NCBI RefSeq assembly: GCF_006345805.1
Contig: NC_043004.1
Span: forward strand, 4,836,001-4,900,000
From: Octopus sinensis
Lineage: Eukaryota
Length of the DNA: 64,000 nucleotides
Direction of reading: 5' to 3'
A program made the position numbers and the translations under genes. Shown piece after piece: positions 61,490 to 64,000 of this stretch. Under the pieces are notes generated by a model. That model had not been told where the DNA came from. It ran no database searches and was given only the letters and a program-made list of their open reading frames with translations. Every line of letters begins with the position of its first letter. The stretch's first letter is position 1.

Positions 61490-61645
61490 ATCATCATCAT
61501 CATAATCGTCGTCATCACCACCACTTAACGTCTGCTTTCCTTGTTGTCATGGGCTGGACAGTTCTGGCAAGTGTCAAGGCTACACCAAGTTCCAGTGTCA
61601 GTTTCGGTGTGGTTTCTACCACTGAATAACCTTTCTAATGCTAGT
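61490..61645 (-). mobile_element. RTE 3' tail fragment
   Basis: (CAT)n followed by ttaacgtctgctttcc. Confidence 0.6.
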
Positions 61646-62346
61646 GCACCTTGAAATATTACACAGTGTTATTCATTGCTAGATTAGACTTATAAAAGGT
61701 TTTACTTTACACAAAGGACTTTTAACATGATTGTGGTCAAGCCCAGTATCAATGTAAGCTGTACCAAGAATACACAATATAATGGATTTCCTGTCTCCAT
61801 ATTCAGGAACAGCCTTCTATCTTTGCAATGCAATCAATTGGTCAACAATATCTGGCAAGGATTTCAGTATCTCAAGCCGTTGGGCCCAACAGTGTGCCAT
61901 AACTTAAAAACCATGTAAAAGCTAGCAACTCAATAAATTATTATGTAATTGAGTTTTAATTAATTTGTAAAAAGGAAAGTGAGCTTCAAAAGCATAACTA
62001 GAAAATATTGCAATGAAGAAAGAATAGACATTGATTAATAATACTATTTTGAATAAGTACATGGGACAACTCTGTACATCTTTCCATCTTATTAGACCTC
62101 CTCAGCAACCAGTTTGTGTTAGCATATCTAAATATCAGGAGCTTCAATAAATTAATTTAAAATAATTATACAGTGAGAGAAAAGAATGATATTATTCATC
62201 GACTAATTAAGTTTGATATTTTTGACAAGTACAGAATTATCACACCAGTCTTATTTTGACTACATCAATGAAGGATAGCCTGAGTATAGAAAAGGAGAAT
62301 GCTATTTTAGCAAAATTCTATATATATTAAAAAAAAAAACCTATTT

Positions 62347-62536
62347 TAACTCTTTCGTTACCATATTTATTTTGGGATGCTCTGTGTTTCTTTCAATTAA
62401 TTTTAAATATAACCAAGAATTTAGTAAAATAACTTAGTTGTCATTAAGCCTAAGGTTTGGTGGAGGATTTTAATTCAAAACTCATGAAAACAAGACATTT
62501 GTACTACAGAACCAGAGGTGGTTTCAACTAGGTTAA
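62347..62536 (+). mobile_element. piggyBac-type MITE family H (internal deletion, right end eroded)
   Basis: TTAActctttcgttacc...; homologous to 63676. Confidence 0.75.
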
Positions 62537-62654
62537 TTCATTGCCAAAACTGTAATGAAAGAATCACTAAGTATTGAATCACAGTGGATTTCTGCATTAC
62601 TATGTATTATACATGTGGATGGAACCTGTGCTTGAACATGCTTATGACTCATAT

Positions 62655-62860
62655 ATCATTATCAGCATATTTGAACATCCACTTTTTCATGCTCACATGG
62701 GCTGGGGGGAGGGCTTTCTTGTCATCAGCATTCACATATTTCCAAGTAAGGTAATATTTCCCCTTGACCAGACATATTTCCACAGAAGATTTTGGGGCAA
62801 GGGACATTGCTTGCATGCTGAAGATATTTGTTTGCGACTATCATGCAATGTCAAGTGAAG

Positions 62861-62949
<89 letters not shown>

Positions 62950-63090
62950 AACAGACAGACAGACACACACACCCACATTCTTTCAGTTTCTGTTTGCTGA
63001 ATCAACCTGTGAGCTTTGGCCATCCTGGAACTATAGTAGGGGACACTTGCCCAAGGTGCTATGCAATGAGACTGAACCTCAAATCATGAC
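62655..63090 (-). mobile_element. SINE family A (A2 tail) with expanded (AT)n(AG)n
   Basis: Reverse complement of the A2 copies. Confidence 0.75.
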
Positions 63091-63675
63091 GAGATGACTT
63101 TCCAATGCCCGGTCAAGTAGAAGTGCACCATAGTGAGCATGGAAGCTGTGGGTATGAGCCTGGGTGACACTGACCGTGGGTGCAGGTCTCAGGGGTAGAA
63201 GCAAATATTCCAACTTCTTAGCACACTGCCACACTGGTACCTGTATTGCAGTAATATGAAAACATAAAATGCACAGTCGTCAATAATCTCATGCTAATGG
63301 TCACTTTTGTATTCCCTTAATCTAGATTTCTTAAGACTGTTTCAGTAAACGTTATATATAATTCCTTTTGATTTAGCAGCAACAAATAACCAACAAGAAA
63401 GCGTGTACGTCGGGGCTTGATCTTTTAGAAATATCAGCCAAATCCTTTTCATATTGCACCCTACTATTGGAAAAGGAGAATGTTACAAAAATGATGGAAT
63501 GGTCGTGACTGGAATGCTTTTGACTGTAGATCTCTTTGATGTGCATTGACCTCGGGCTTAGCAATAACAACAATAACATAGTAGTAGTATTGATGGATAG
63601 TGGCAGTGGCAGTGACGATATCTGTATAATGTGGTGTATCTGATGATTCCTAAATGGCTGGTGATTTCAACTTAA

Positions 63676-63895
63676 CCCTTTCGTTACGGTATTTATTTTG
63701 AAATGCTCTGTGTTTCTTTCAATTACTTTAAATATAACAAAGAATTTATTAAAATAACTTAGTTATCATTAAGCTAGTGTTAGAAACATAAATTGTGACT
63801 AAGGTTTGGTGGAAGATTTTAATTCAAAACTTATGAAAACCAGACATTTGTACTCAGAGCCAGAGCTGGTTTCAGCCGGGTTGGTAACGAAAGGG
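63676..63895 (+). mobile_element. Intact piggyBac-type MITE family H
   Basis: TTAA-CCCTTTCGTTAC...GTAACGAAAGGG-TTAA. Confidence 0.92.
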
Positions 63896-64000
63896 TTAAA
63901 CTTAATACATGCATGTCTTGCAGGTAGATGTATGTGTATGTTCATGTGTGCATGCTGATGACTGCACATGTGTATATATATGCCCATACGTATGTTAGTG

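Noticed and set aside
1-64000. ORF-track entries as host genes
   Set aside because: All are short; they are microsatellite translations (YI, CV, HT, LS, poly-N/H) or pieces of LINE and transposon relics. None resembles a cellular protein I recognise.

Overview
AT-rich, microsatellite-dense eukaryotic genomic DNA. Its tRNA-derived SINE repertoire is the type I recognise from Octopus, so the species attribution is an inference. I find no host protein-coding exon I can support; the window reads as intergenic DNA or a large intron, and almost all ORF-track entries are microsatellite or transposon artefacts. The recognisable content is mobile DNA: several SINE families with interchangeable heads and tails (labelled A, B, C, F and J here; these are my working names), LINE relics (RTE, Tx1/L1, R4/Dong, Penelope), and DNA-transposon MITEs or relics (piggyBac, mariner, pogo/Tigger, hAT, Helitron), often nested. 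The most interesting signal is at 2.0-3.1 kb. A tRNA-headed, Pol III-type element there carries a core-intact minimal type I hammerhead ribozyme, has its tRNA head duplicated head-to-head, and shares a ~90-nt ribozyme tail with a differently headed Penelope-like repeat 0.9 kb away. This suggests a ribozyme-bearing SINE mobilised by Penelope-like elements. Other highlights are an R4/Dong LINE with an in-frame loss of its endonuclease, a headless ~460-nt element found only at (AAT)n, and SINE-in-SINE insertions with clean target-site duplications. Repeat boundaries were placed by eye and are approximate unless a TSD or TIR is quoted.
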